From: Eledone cirrhosa | Taxonomy: Eukaryota | Reading direction: 5' to 3' | DNA length: 64,000 nucleotides | Assembly (NCBI GenBank): GCA_964016885.1 | Contig: OZ024743.1 | Coordinates: 12,524,001 to 12,588,000, forward strand | Part shown: piece after piece, positions 38,101 through 50,594 of the stretch | How the letters are laid out: each line of letters begins with the position of its first letter | Numbering within the stretch: the stretch's first letter is position 1 | Made by a program: the position numbers and the translations under genes | Notes under the pieces: model-generated | The model's database searches: none | What the model saw: the letters and a program-made list of their open reading frames with translations, nothing else | What the model was told of the DNA's origin: nothing

Positions 38101-39623
38101 TAAAGTATGAAATCACATATAGCTTTAAACTTTAAAGGAAACTAAATTTGCCATATCAGAGTTTAATATTACTTTAACCTTTCTAGGACCATTTTTCATC
38201 ATACATAATAAACAAAATGTAACACAGTTATTAAATAATGTAAAGCATATCTGGTGTAAGTTATGTATGCTGGGGAAGGAGGTATAGATTTGTGCTTCCT
38301 TCCCAGCTGCCGATGTACTCTAAGCAATTTGTCCTAAGTTTGTGCCAATAGAGTTGGAATAAGCTGAGAAAATTTGGCTGGTGTTCAATATTATATTATT
38401 AATAATAAAATTTACTGTAATATTTTGGCTTCTTTTCAATGTTATCGTTTTAACAATTTTTGTGCCTGGTAGACTCGTACTTAGCTGATTGCATAAGCCT
38501 ATGAACCTACACCACTTGGTTGTCTCCTATCCATAATACTGCCACATAAGGAGCAGATCAAATTTTTAATATATATATTTCAAAAATATATTAACTCATA
38601 ACAAATATGGTATTTGCAACCATGTGATTCCAGGTTTGATCTTACTGTATGACACAACCTTCGGCAAGTGTCTTCTATCATAGCTTTGTTAGTAAAATTT
38701 AGTTGGAAAGTATTTGAAGTTGGTTGAATATATTTGTGTGTATGTTTGTCTATATACTCATTGTCATTTAATGTCCACTTTCTGGGTGCTTTTTGTCATG
38801 ACACCTACATGACCACTTTACAGTGTGGGTTGGGTGCGTTTCGAATAACGAAAAAAAAAATTAAATATCTATTAATTATTCCTTTTTTTGTTTTATTTCA
38901 GCATTTGGGTCTTCAAATGCTTTTGGACAGCCTTTAGGTTTTATATCTGGAGCAACAAAGGTATTTGGACAAGGTGCAAAAAATTTGTTTGGACAATCTG
39001 AAACCAGTTCCAGTCCCTTTCAGAGTCAAGGCAGTGCATTTGGCAATAGTTCTGGGAATATGGTATGCAATTTCACAAATGTACCAAACCAAGGAAATAA
39101 TACATTTGGGAATGTCAACAATGTTTTTGGAGGTGTGCAAACAGCTTCACCACTACAGAATGTATATGGGAATACTTCATCATTTAATACTAGTCAATCA
39201 TTAGCAGCAAACTCTCAAATGAGTGTCTTTGGTAATTCAACTCCTCAACTAAATCAAAATAATTCATTTGGGTCTGTTTTCAACAATTCAACACTCCCAT
39301 CTAATGTTGGTAACAGCAGTGGGACTGGACTTTTTGGCAAACCTATTTCTCAACAGAATTCTGTATTTGGGCAACAATCAGTGCAACAGCCATCACCATT
39401 TGGCTCAGCCATGCCATCAGGTACAACTAGGTCTGTTTTTGACCAAGTGGCCTCTGTTGGTTCATCAGTTTTTGCTCAGCAGGGGCCACCTGCACCAGAA
39501 TCTTCGACTATCTATACACTCCTTGCAGATCTCACCCCTCCTGAATTAGAACAATATCAAGCTCAGAAATTTATTCTGGGGAAAATTCCTACACGACCTC
39601 CTCCTAAAGAACTTTGTTATTAG
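19250..39623 (+). CDS. NUP42: Nucleoporin NUP42 (NUPL2/hCG1), whole gene, 8 exons, 447 aa
   Basis: join(19250-19340,23016-23211,26046-26140,27692-27768,30523-30609,32850-32899,37773-37798,38902-39623), GT-AG, phases consistent (1344 nt). N-terminal CCCH finger [23 protein letters not shown], central [12 protein letters not shown] motif, FG repeats, and C-terminal Gle1-binding motif [25 protein letters not shown]. Confidence 0.92.
19899..20205. mobile_element. Tc1/mariner-type MITE interrupted by a SINE
   Basis: TA|CATGGTGTCCCAAAAATGTATAC ... GTATACATTTTTGGGGGACATCCTG|TA; an uninterrupted relative lies at 49384-49478. Confidence 0.8.
19950..20135 (-). mobile_element. tRNA-type SINE with a 19-bp TSD
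   Basis: A-box-like TGGCAGTATC and B-box GAGTTCAAATCC on minus; TSD CAGCATTCTAATAAATAAT at 19931-19949 and 20136-20154. Confidence 0.88.
20770..20810 (-). ncRNA. Type I minimal hammerhead ribozyme
   Basis: Minus strand CCGAG-CUGAUGA-UCC(GUUGA)GGA-GAAA-CA(AUU)UG-UC/CUCGG: full conserved core, 5-bp stem I, 3-bp stem II, short stem III, GUC cleavage triplet. Confidence 0.8.
22807..22922. repeat. Near-perfect palindrome (about 57-bp arms) inside a (TA)n-flanked element
   Basis: ATAGGAACGAGTAGGACCCCGACGGC...AATTCTG-GA-CAGAATT...GCCGTCGGGGTTCTACTCGTTCCTAT, one mismatch. Confidence 0.95.
23016..23211 (+). CDS. NUP42: NUP42 exon 2 (polyQ tract)
   Basis: atag|GT...AT|gtaagt; [48 protein letters not shown]... 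Confidence 0.85.
23841..24945 (+). mobile_element. RTE LINE 3' fragment in NUP42 intron 2
   Basis: ORF 23670..24644 from GKWPCSVC onward; nearly identical to 36320-37610; (GAT)n tail; inserted in a (TA/TG) microsatellite. Confidence 0.92.
26046..26140 (+). CDS. NUP42: NUP42 exon 3
   Basis: tccag|...|gtaaat; [31 protein letters not shown], aligning to the W-x5-W-x-x-S motif of NUPL2. Confidence 0.87.
26724..27260 (-). mobile_element. Internally deleted Tc1/mariner-superfamily transposon
   Basis: TA|CAGGGTTATTCAAAAAGA...TCTTTTTGAATAACCCTG|TA TIRs; ORF 26843..27127 [24 protein letters not shown]...GGGYIEHL is a transposase C-terminus. Confidence 0.92.
27692..27768 (+). CDS. NUP42: NUP42 exon 4
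   Basis: attag|...|gtaagt; [26 protein letters not shown] (NUPL2 DISPEELRLEY motif). Confidence 0.9.
27848..28150 (+). mobile_element. Two adjacent tRNA-type SINE copies
   Basis: Family core at 27848-27965 and about 27980-28150. Confidence 0.78.
28195..28392 (+). mobile_element. Isolated RTE 3'-UTR/tail copy
   Basis: Reverse complement of the 7385-7580 tail, ending (GAT)n; older equivalents at about 2690-2850, 10900-11097, 26450-26643 and 41016-41068. Confidence 0.75.
28690..29650 (+). mobile_element. Heavily decayed RTE RT fragment
   Basis: [33 protein letters not shown] and [13 protein letters not shown] remnants with stops. Confidence 0.75.
29660..29930 (-). mobile_element. Second decayed RTE RT fragment, opposite strand
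   Basis: ORF 29527..29928 [10 protein letters not shown]...EGLPW...[19 protein letters not shown]. Confidence 0.65.
30523..30609 (+). CDS. NUP42: NUP42 exon 5 (helical)
   Basis: actag|...|gtaagt; [29 protein letters not shown], phase 0-0. Confidence 0.82.
30712..31378 (+). mobile_element. Three tandem tRNA-type SINE copies
   Basis: Copies at about 30712-30900, 30913-31132 and 31140-31378, with increasing divergence. Confidence 0.82.
32850..32899 (+). CDS. NUP42: NUP42 exon 6
   Basis: tttttacag|ATT...AG|gtaagt; [16 protein letters not shown]. Confidence 0.72.
33800..37613 (+). mobile_element. Near full-length RTE LINE (APE, RT, PHD-like finger), disrupted, in NUP42 intron 6
   Basis: APE ORFs 34254..34607 (QETRW...ISAYAPQ...GDFN) and 34702..34905 (QIDFIL...SQH); RT 35552..36295 (LLYADDL); PHD-like 36332-36463; C-terminus 36612..37124; GAT tail. 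The 5' boundary is approximate. Confidence 0.92.
37181..37453 (+). repeat. 48-bp tandem repeat (about 5.7 copies) in the RTE 3' UTR
   Basis: CATGGAAAAAAGCACCCAGCCCACACTGTAAAGTGGACGTGTAGGCGC; GCACCCAG recurs at 37193, 37241, 37289, 37337, 37385 and 37433. Confidence 0.95.
37773..37798 (+). CDS. NUP42: NUP42 exon 7 (26-nt microexon)
   Basis: Long poly-T tract, then tatcag|TCCTTCAAGTCCAACCCAATCATCAG|gtaagc; needed to convert phase 2 to phase 1; SPSSPTQSS. Confidence 0.72.
38902..39623 (+). CDS. NUP42: NUP42 terminal exon (FG repeats and Gle1-binding C-terminus)
   Basis: tttcag|CA TTT GGG...; extends ORF 38985..39623; many FG dipeptides; ends [18 protein letters not shown]. Confidence 0.95.
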
Positions 39624-40710
39624 TACCGTATTAATTTAAGTGGCAGGTAAGGTCCAACAAGAAGTCAGTTCACTGCAAATCATGTCCACAGCAAGGTTTC
39701 AGCCTCCAGTTGAAGCCATTTCTCTTTTATCTTTTATTTAAATATATAATGTATTTAGGAAGTGCATGGACATCAAAATATTCTGTTTTCCCTCCTATAA
39801 ATCATTTGAAAGACTTTATACCTATTGAAAAGAAAGCAATATTATATTTCCAACTAGCCTACATTAAAAGAGCAGTGACTTCTCAACAAATGTGAGCCAG
39901 GGCCTTAATGTCACACATCTCATTTCCTAATCCATTATAAACTCTTATAAAGTTTTGTGCCTATGTACAGAATCAATACTTACCACTTAAGTGTTAAGCA
40001 CAGTAGAGTTGTGGAATGCTTACTCTCTTGGTTCGGTTGACAGTTCTGCAACATATTTCATTTGGACACTGGTTACAGCCATCTCACACATGCGCACACA
40101 CATTGTTACTGATTTTTGTTAACTTTCATCTGTCTTTATCAGATGCATTGGCAGAGTTACATCTGAATGTTTTATGTTCAATAATATATATACATAACAA
40201 TGACAATTTACAACAAATGAACAAACAAACAAATACCCTCAGTAACAAATTCTGAGATTAAATGCTCCCTAAAATCTTTTAGTGAATAACATACTTTACT
40301 TGTTTTTCAAAGTGGTTTTATCATAAATTTATTGTAATGTGGGCATGTATTTGTGTATGTGTATATGTGTGTAGGCGACTAATTAGCTAAGTCGTTGGAA
40401 CATCGGATGGAATGCTTTGCGGTATTCATTCTGGCTCTTTGCTCTCTTGAGTTCAAACCTTTTTGAGGTCAACTTTGCCTTTCATCTTTTTGAGATTGAT
40501 AAAAAAGTACCAGTCAACTACTGTAGACGATTCTTCCTCTATATGCCTTTCTTACTTCCCCTCTCTCACTTTCTACCCTTCCCATGTTCACACCTGGAGA
40601 GGGATTGGCTCTGCCAGGCTTAAAAAAAAAATACCCTAGGAACTAGTACGCCACTACGGCTCCTCTACGACTTCATCAGGAGTTATGGGTCTAAATAGTT
40701 ATGGGACTAA

Positions 40711-40715
<5 letters not shown>

Positions 40716-40761
<46 letters not shown>

Positions 40762-40899
40762 GTATGTATATATATGAATATGTATGTGTGTGTGTGTATG
40801 TATATATATGTATGTATATATATGAATACATATGTATGTATGTATGTGTGTGTGTATATATATATATATATGTATGTATATATATGTGTGTGTGTATAT

Positions 40900-40931
<32 letters not shown>

Positions 40932-41066
40932 GTATATATGAATACATATATATATGTATATATATATGAATACATATGTATGAATATATATGTATGTGTG
41001 TGTGTGTGTGTGTGTATCATCATCATCATCAGGTTTAGCGTCCGTGTTCCACGCTTGCATGGGTTT

Positions 41067-41106
<40 letters not shown>

Positions 41107-41182
41107 TATGTGTGTATATATATAATATATATGTGTGTGTATATATATATATATGTGTGCGTGTGTATATATATATATATGA
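40716..41182. repeat. Compound (TA)n/(TG)n/(TATG)n microsatellite with an embedded RTE tail
   Basis: Read directly; tail fragment at 41016-41068. Confidence 0.95.
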
Positions 41183-41688
41183 ATATGGAGGAAAAAAGAG
41201 AATACCCATTAACCCCCAAAACTGAAAATTCAAGAGTCCAAATATTTCAGGAATACATTATAAAAGCCTTTGTAAAAGACAGTTATTTATAGTTTAAAGA
41301 TTTTCCTGAATTATGTTATTGGTATTTTTTATCAACATTTTTAAAACCATAAATGTCTTTCAGAATACTTTTTAAAAATAAATATGTTAGCCAAATAAGT
41401 GAGTGAAGAAAAAAATGTTAGCCAAATAAATATCCCTTTTAAAATTATAAAAATGTCTATTAAAAATGTTTTGATATTAATTTTCCTTGGAGTATATATT
41501 CAGTCTTTTTTTTACTAGATTTTCAGTTAAACTGCCTGTGTTCCCACTTTTTTAAAATTTGGTTTTATGAGTAAATGAGGTTGTGATCTTTGGACTTATG
41601 ACCCAAACTCTAAATATATTGGTATATATAAATAAATATGTATATATAAATAGGTAATGTGTATATATGTATGTATATATAAATAAGT

Positions 41689-41734
<46 letters not shown>

Positions 41735-41873
41735 CGAGGTGTGTCAGAAAAGAAACAACAGGACTAGAGTTACAAAAGACAAAAAACAAATTGTAAGCTA
41801 CAAGTTTAATGCACTTTCCCCTCCTTCTCTGCCACACCTCAATGTACTCATGGAAGGATTCTACTGGGATATA

Positions 41874-42067
41874 CCATATATACTCGAATATAAGCCAAGA
41901 AATATGTGACCAAAAAATTGATGGCAGAAAGATGGGGTTGGCTTATATTTAGGGTCTGTATTTTGATGATTTTCATCAATTTCAAATTCTCTATAAATAA
42001 GGTTTAGATTTTTGGCCATTTCTCAGACATAAAATAGTAGGGTCAGCTTATATTTGAGTATATATGG
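41874..42067. mobile_element. TA-targeting MITE
   Basis: TA|CCATATATACTCGAATATAAGC ... GCTTATATTTGAGTATATATGG|TA. Confidence 0.82.
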
Positions 42068-43620
42068 TATATATATATGTAATATAGAAATGGCTTCTAC
42101 AGGGCTAGAACTGTTTCATTTGTATAGAATGCCCCAGGGCTTTCCTGATGATTTCTATATGAATGAAACAGTAGAAGCCATTTCTATATTAAAGATTTAT
42201 ACTCTGCTATGTATTGAGTACCTTACTTACTGTGGTTACCCCCGATTGAACCCGGGATAAACATATATAAATATATATATATATATATGGTTCCTTGGTG
42301 TTAGTTAATCTGTCATGTCAGCTGGGCATTGGTAAAGCAATATCAAACCTACCCAGGACATATTACACTTCAAACAAGATTACACAATAGATGTTTATTA
42401 CATAATAAACACCACTGAAATATATATAACTAACAAAGTAATCAATAAAATGATGTAAGATTCAAGCATACTGGCTTCTTCATTATTATATATATATATA
42501 CACGATCTGAGTTCAAATCCCGCCGAGGTTGACTTTGCCTTTCATCCTTACGGGGTCGATAAAATAAAGTACCAGTAATGCACTGGGTAATTGCTGGCCT
42601 TGTGCCTAAAGTAGAAACAATTATATATATATATACATATATATGTCATCATCATTTAACATCCACATTTCTTGACATAAGCATATTAATATTTACAGCA
42701 ATATGGAAGACATATACATACATAATATGAAAGAGTACTGGTGGAATGTTCCAGCTAAAATCTTAATAAAATACAAGCATAACAGAACAGATATGGAACA
42801 TGAAAAAGAAGGCATGCAGAGTAATAGAAGTTAGATGCCAATATAATATTAAAGATTAGCGAAAAGGAGAACTAATAAGGAATCTGCAGATACTCCACCC
42901 TGACTATACCTTCAGATTTATACCTGTGACCATTAGGGCTCTGGGATATGTTACTAACTGCCTCAGTACAAATCTTGAGAAGCTGGGCTTCACAACCAGA
43001 AAAAAAACACACACACACACGACTAATAAGGAAGTTACAAGTACAATCTATTAACGGAACTGAAAAAATATGTAAAACCTTCCAAAAGTTCTGCATATAC
43101 ACTTGTATAGATACAAAACATATGCACGTGTACATATATAACTCAAAGTATACAGATCCATACATACAATAACATCAATACCTGCACAAACACACACACG
43201 TACGCACACACATGCACGCTTGCAGACATATTTATCAAGTTGATGTCTACACTCTTTCTATTGGTAAAAATTTATAAAATAATGAAACCAAAAGAACACA
43301 TATATACGTACGTACGTATGTAGAGGCGTTGTGAACCTTTTCCATATAACACTGTCTTTGTGGAGGCACTGATTGTTGAGAGGGCAGTGTGTGCGCGTGT
43401 TTATATACGCGCATATATACATAAGTTCAGTTACAGTATGCATTTCAAGATAAATAAATGAGAAGCAGACGAAATTTTATTTCCAGAAAAGAACTATTTA
43501 TTTTACTCAAACTTTTTAGAATATTTCAAATATTTTTTGGCGTCCTTTAATTAGAAATGTTATAGGGCTATTGCTGCTTATCTTCCTTTAATTATTTAAA
43601 AAATTGATTTAAAAACTTTA

Positions 43621-44369
43621 TTAAATACTTCCAGTTACATTGTATTTCCGTCGGTTCACGAGTGATTCAAATGCTGCTACAATGGAACCAAGGATCACAC
43701 CAATAGCCAGCATGATGAGTACTCCTGAAAAACTTCCGAGTGTAACTGCATAAAACGATTCTCTCACGGGTTTTTGTAAGACGTTATCAAAATCAATACA
43801 TTGATTTTTCCACCATATGTTTTTAAGAGCATTTAGGCGGCCGTCTTCACGCATTAGATGAATCGCATGGTTAAAAGCAGAGGCAAGCGGAAAGTTTTTT
43901 CTGTAGGCGAAACCAAAATATCTTTCATAAGCCAATTCATCTGATATGAGTATGAGATCACACGGCCTTTTATTGGTGATGTAAATAGCTGTAGACGATT
44001 CCATAATGAAACCGTATGTTCCATCGGGCGATCCACGAACTTTCTCGATTCCTTCCTTAATGCTCAACTGAAAAGAATTGCGTCGTTCTATATCTTCGTA
44101 GATATTTCTCATGAAGGGTACATCACTTTTTCTAAAGGCTTCTTTAGTCGAGCCACCGTCCAGCATCCCATACTTTATGATGTTTTGATTTGATAATTCC
44201 TGTAGATCAGCTACAATAGGCATACTGGACCAATGTGCTTCCCACTGGGATATGATGCGTAAATAATTTGTCAGACTTGCTGTATATGTCATGAGTAATA
44301 GGGCACAGAAGACCCACCAGAAGAAAACAACAATTCTGGCGCCAATTGATCGAGGGGCTTTTTCATATC
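43621..44369 (-). CDS. iGluR terminal exon: M3, S2, M4 and short C-tail
   Basis: aaacag|GA TAT GAA AAA GCC CCT CGA TCA...; includes ORF 43621..44292. Confidence 0.93.
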
Positions 44370-47300
44370 CTGTTTAAAAAAAAATATATATATTGAAAGT
44401 TGAATTTGCAAAATATACATATATAAGTTAAAAGTAAAATGAGCTAAGGGAAATAACTCGAGTGATCAAGGGTATCGATTAAAATAAAGGTTAGAGAGGA
44501 TATATTGAATAACACGCAACAAATTAATTGAAATTTCTCACATATTCAGAGAAAGAAAACAAAAACTTAGTGGTAAGGACTTTTAAAGAGAAGGGAAGAT
44601 AATTTTAAGAAATTAGGAATTAATTCCACAAAATTGCCAACCCATTGGACCAACTTTTATTCCCCCAAAACAAAAAATCTTCCCTGCGTTCAATACGCCC
44701 GTATCACCGATGGGAGGCCGAACGGAGGGTGAGGACAATCATGGTTTTAAAAAAATTAGTTTTGTTTTACTATTAGTATTTCTAATACAATACAATTTAT
44801 ATAAGCAATTTTTTAATTATTATAAAATGATGTCGAGAAAAAAAATGAAATAATTTAAAATAAATTTATGAAAAAATGTACTCAAATTCTTTTCTTCTCA
44901 AAAGGTCTTTGTAAAACCAGGAGGCGTCTTATTCGAAGAGGCATTCAATAGGCCAGCAAATACGGTAATTTACATAATTAGGATAGTTGTTTATAGACTA
45001 GGGGTTACATGATTTCAGTTAATTGATTTATTAGCTGTTTGAATTATTACGTAATTACGAGTACAAATGTTACATCAGTTGAGAAAGACTCTGATTATCA
45101 AATTTTTCCTAAAGGTGGTGGACTGGCAGAGTCGTTAGAGCGTCGGACAAATGCTTAGCAGTATTTGTTCCAGCTCTTTACTTTCTGAGTTCAAATCCCA
45201 TCAAGGTTAATTTTGCCTTTCATCCGTCCAAAGTCGATAAAATAAAGTACTAGTAAAGGGCTGGGATCGATATAATTGATCTCCCACAGCCCACCAAAAT
45301 TTCTGGCCTTGTGTTTATCTTAAAAATCATGTGGATTGGCAGTATCGGTAGAGGGTCGGACGCCATGCTTTGCAGCATAGTTACGTCCCTTTACGATCTA
45401 AGTTCAAATCTCGCCGAGGTTGACTTTGCCTTTCATCCTTACGGGGTCGATAAAATAAAGTACCAGTAATGCACTGGGTAATTGCTGGCCTTGTGCCTAA
45501 AGTAGAAACAATTATTGGCAGTATCGGTAGAGTCGGACGCCATGCTTTCCAGCATAGTTACGTCCCTTTACGGTCTGAGTTCAAATCCCGCCGAGGTTCA
45601 CTTTGCCTTTCATCCTTACGGGGTCGATAAAATAAAGTACCAGTAATGTACTGGGTAATTGCTGGCCTTGTGCCAAAAGTAAAAACAATTATTAATTTAT
45701 TCCTAGTTTTAAAGATTTCAAACATACAAATATGTTTAAAATATTTACATATATTTTCATGTTAATTCTCGGGAACCTTCTTATTTGATTAATCTCTTGT
45801 AAACTACCCACAAGAACTACTTCAGGCCTTAACCAATACAAGTTAGTAATAGTAGCAGGAAACTATAGATCACTAATCCCGCACCAAATATAGAATGTAA
45901 TGCCTGAAGCTACCAGCAAATCTCTGATTACCTCAGATTTAAAAAAGGACGCAAACAATTTTAGTTTTCATGAACTGGGAATTGGCAGTATCGGTAGAGG
46001 GTCGGACGCCATGCTTTGCAACAAAGAGTTACAGCCCTGTATGATCTGAGTTCAAATCCCGCCGAGGTTAACTTTGCCTTTCATCCTTACGGGGTCGATA
46101 AAATAAAGTACCAGTATTACACAGGGGTTATTGCTGGCCTTGTGCCAAAAGTAGACATTATTATCGTGTAAACTCATTGCATAAAGGATTGTGGAATCGC
46201 AACCTCCTAGGTGTAAAACATGTAACTGAAACATTTTGAAAAAAGTTATGAACGACCCCCCCCCCAAAAAAAATAAATAGGGGAGAAAAAAATGATTGAA
46301 TATTCTGAAACGAAGTGGTAGTTGGGTGACAAAAAAAATGAAAACTTTCAATATTTGAAAAATCATCTTTACCGAAACGTAATCTTAATATGTTAAATCA
46401 TAATTCAATAAACAATTTGATATTACGATTGGTTTAGTAACAAAGGGACAGAGAAAACAAATGGAAAAATTGGGGAGAGCAAAATATGAAATTTTGAAAT
46501 TATTTTTTTAGGGGCCATAATAGTAATCTTTCATGTTTAAAATAGAGACATCCTATGAAATTGTAAAACAAGTTACCTATGGGGATGGAGGAGTGTTTCT
46601 TGCGTAGCTCTGTTAAATAATATATAATATTTGCAAAATCAAGGTTATGGTTTTTGTGAATGCAAAACCAAATCCACATTTCTTAAATGGTGCCTTAGTA
46701 TACTGACTACGATGTTTTGTATAGAAATGTCATTTTTCAATAACAACAGGTTATTTTGATTTGGATGGTTGACGTAATTGCTTGCGCGGTTTAACATTAA
46801 AATCCGTCATCTTGATGTACCTTCAGTAGAGTTCACTCTGTTGCAAGTATTCATGCTAGGGATCCAGTTTTAAGCTACCTTACATCTTCCTACTATCACA
46901 CCCAGACGCCCCGAAAATTGTTGTGGTCGCTGGCCTTCCATTCCTGATTAAATATTTAAAAAAAAGTTCTAATGGTATTCAGTGATTCAAGCATGCGTCT
47001 CTTTTCTTTCATCGAATACGAAATTTTGATCGATTCAATTCTCAAGAGATCCTTGTCTAATCAACTTAGACATTCTAAGGAGTATGTATGCAGTTTCATT
47101 TTACGATTCATAATTCATCAACGTCGTGGGTTCGATTCCTGGGTTGGGTTGCGTGTAGTGTTCTTGGGCAAAACACTTCATTTCACATTGCTCCTGTATA
47201 CTCAGCTGAAAATGAGTACCAGCAGTAACTGGGAGGTTAACTCTGCAATGGGCAGGCGTCCTGTTCAGTGGGAGGAGTCTTGTACTCTCAGTCGCTTCAC

Positions 47301-50300
47301 GCCACGAAACCGGGATAAATCCGGCCTAACGAACTTTCTGGCTTGAGGCAGACTTTAGTCCCGACTCTCAATGAATATTTTCACTTGATTACTTTAATAT
47401 TCATAACTTATCCTTGTATTCCCATTCAATTAAAAATAAAAACGTAAAACAAAACAGAAGATACTAAATAAACATTCACTCTCCATTTAACCTTAAATTA
47501 GCTCTCAAAAGCTATTAGTACCAAAGTCATCTGAATAAAGCCTCACGAATGCGAATCCAACTCTCTAACCACTAAGCCACGTGCCTTCACCACTGGATAA
47601 AGTAATATGTTAAAATAATACAAAATATGTTAAATAGAAAATATAATTACAATTTAATTCTGTATACATACGTACCTTGCCAAACAAGACAGCTTGCAAC
47701 AAACCAGAAACTATTCAGACAAGTGAACGATTCTCTTTCTCTTAAGGTTGCATCCTTGTGGATAGCCATTTTCCGCCATTCAACAGGGCTGAAGTAACTG
47801 ATAACGTATAAGACAACGGAAGTTGCTAGCATACCGATTAATGAGTGCAACCAAACACTGGAAGACATCGGTACAAAAAGCCTTAAGAATCTATCTACAA
47901 AGCCAATTTGTACATGCTTTGGTTTACGGAGTAAGATAACCGGGCTTATCCTTTCAAACGGTGTAGAAAAGTCAACGACATTTTGACGTAAAGCTGTTAC
48001 AGTGAGTGAAGCTGCTGAGATATCAGCCACCTGAAGAAGATTGAAAAATATAAAGAAACGGAACTTATTTTTTATATTCTTTCTGCTTTTATTAGAACTA
48101 TTCAAGTGCATACGGATTAAGTACCATTCTATCTCCTTCTCACTTTGCTTATCCCCCTCTTTCTTTCTTTCTGTCTTTCTTTCATTCATTCATTCATTTC
48201 TTTCTTTCTTTCTCCCCACCCCTCCTCTCTCACACACAGGATAACATGCTAAATTTGTTCTTTTGGCTTTTCAATGGACACGTAATAATATTTGATAATA
48301 TATAGATATTTAATATATAATCACTCCCTTATGGTAAGTGAAAATTTGGCAGGCTCGAACTACTTTCTTGTAGCACGTAGCCTGCCATAGTCCACTTTGC
48401 TACCATCCTACTGGTCACTTGTCACGTGAGAGTCATTTCATTTGAAATCTTCACTGACAACGATCGGCTGCGAATTCTTGTCTTGAATTCTATTTCTGGA
48501 CAGAGAAAGTCTCTTGATGATTTAGGATTTCTCGCGATATTCTACTCAGTGTACCGTTATTTTCCTAATGAAACTGCATTAGGGACATTAATGCGGTGGA
48601 TTGGCAGTATCGGTAGAGGGTCGGACGCCATACTTTAACGCATAGAGTTACGGCCTTTATCATTCTGAGTTCAAATCCCGCCGAAGTTAACTTTGCCTTT
48701 CATCCTTACGGGGTCGATAAAATAAAGTACCAGTTATGTACTAGGTAATTACTGGCCTTGTGCCAAAAGTAGAAACAATTAATGTGAGTAGGCAAAGATT
48801 TTTTTCTGAACTTGTTTGTTTTTCCCATATTTGATATTATTAGGCTCTGAATCTGTTAATTTTATTAATTCTTTCATAGAACCAAACTGAGTACAAGTTG
48901 GACACTCTGTATGTATGTATATATCTATATTCGTGTAGAGATATGCATACTTCCTCATTTATTACACACACACACACACACACACACATATTAGTAATAA
49001 TAAATACTAATACCAAAATCCAGAGAGGTCTCGATAAGGGTTATATATATATGTTTATACAAACTTATAGACCAAATGTTTATTATTAGCACAGATTAAA
49101 AGTTTAAGCAAACAATTTCTTTCAACCTAAAGCGGTATCTTCTGAAATTGAGAAATATCAATCTGTCTTGTAAACAAAAACTATGTAAAATATTCTTATA
49201 TTACTGCCCAACATTCTCTCCTAACGTACAGTACGGACAATATGCAGATGATATACGTGATAATGTAGGTAGCTATGAACAATCAAATTTTATATACAGT
49301 TTATATATATATATATGTACATACATATGTGTGTGTATGCATATATGTACATATGTTGGTACATATGTGTATGTGTGCATATACAGGGTGCCCCCCCCCC
49401 CCCAAAAAAAAAGAAAATGTGTATACACTTTAACAGCATTTTAATAAATATGTGTATACATTCTTGGGGGTCACCCTGTATATAAGTATATATTTCATAC
49501 AGTATATTTTTGCTAACGCATGCATCCACAGCTGTAAGTGCATACTTATGTATGTCAACGATTAGCCCACCTTGCGCCGAAAATAGTTACCTTACCTATT
49601 ATTATTATTATGGCAGTATCGGTAGAGGGCCGGACGCCATGCTTTGACGCATTGAGTTACGGCCCTTGCCATTCTGAGTTCAAATCCCGTCGAGGTTAAC
49701 TTTGCCTTTCATCCTTACGGGGTCGATAAAATAAAGTACCAGTAATGCACTGGGTAATTGCTGGCCTTGTGCCAAAAGTATAAACAATTAATGTATATTA
49801 ATACACATTGTTGTCAGAATTGTCCTCGCTGTCTCCATTGTCGTCATCTAATATCCATTTTTCCCTGCTACTATGAGTTGGATGTGTCGTCACAGACCAG
49901 TCAGTACTGAAGCAAAGCCACTGACTCTCAGGTGGGCCAGGTGCTTGACATACAAACCCGCACTTTTCTGAATACATTTTATCAAGACACCAATACTAGG
50001 GAAATTTTCATTTCTTTGACACAGCTGAAAAGTCCTCCTTACATTCTGAGTTCAAATCCCATCGAGGTTAGCTTTGCTTTTCATCCTTACGGGGTCGATA
50101 CAATAAAGTACCAGTAATGCAGCGGGGTCGATTTAATCGACTTCCCCCTCCCCCCAAATTGTGCCTAAATAAGAACCCATTATTACCCCTATTATTAATA
50201 CCTTCACTATCTTTATGTTTAAACATTTTACTTCTATTAATATTATTTTCCGTATATGGTAGCTGGTAGATATACGGCTATTCTAAAAAGAAAATCAGTT

Positions 50301-50545
50301 TCCTGATTTTTCCATAGCAAGAATTTATTCTTTCTGCTTCACTTAATGACATAATTGAATATTTTATTCTCCTTGCGTACATTGTCAAAACTTTCGTCAC
50401 ACATTTTGTGACCTCCTCAATCAACAAATAAACAACCATCCAATTATTAAACTAAAGGATTGGGAAATTATAATAATAAATTGAAGTGAAAGCGAACAGA
50501 TGCGTGTGTTTTTTATTGACAGTATGACTTACCCAAAGTATAACG

Positions 50546-50594
<49 letters not shown>

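Noticed and set aside
40691-41292. Long YI/CV-rich ORFs
   Set aside because: Translation artefacts of (TA)n/(TG)n microsatellites
45331-45420. tRNA genes
   Set aside because: The A/B boxes belong to SINE heads; no cloverleaf, and they are always followed by the SINE body
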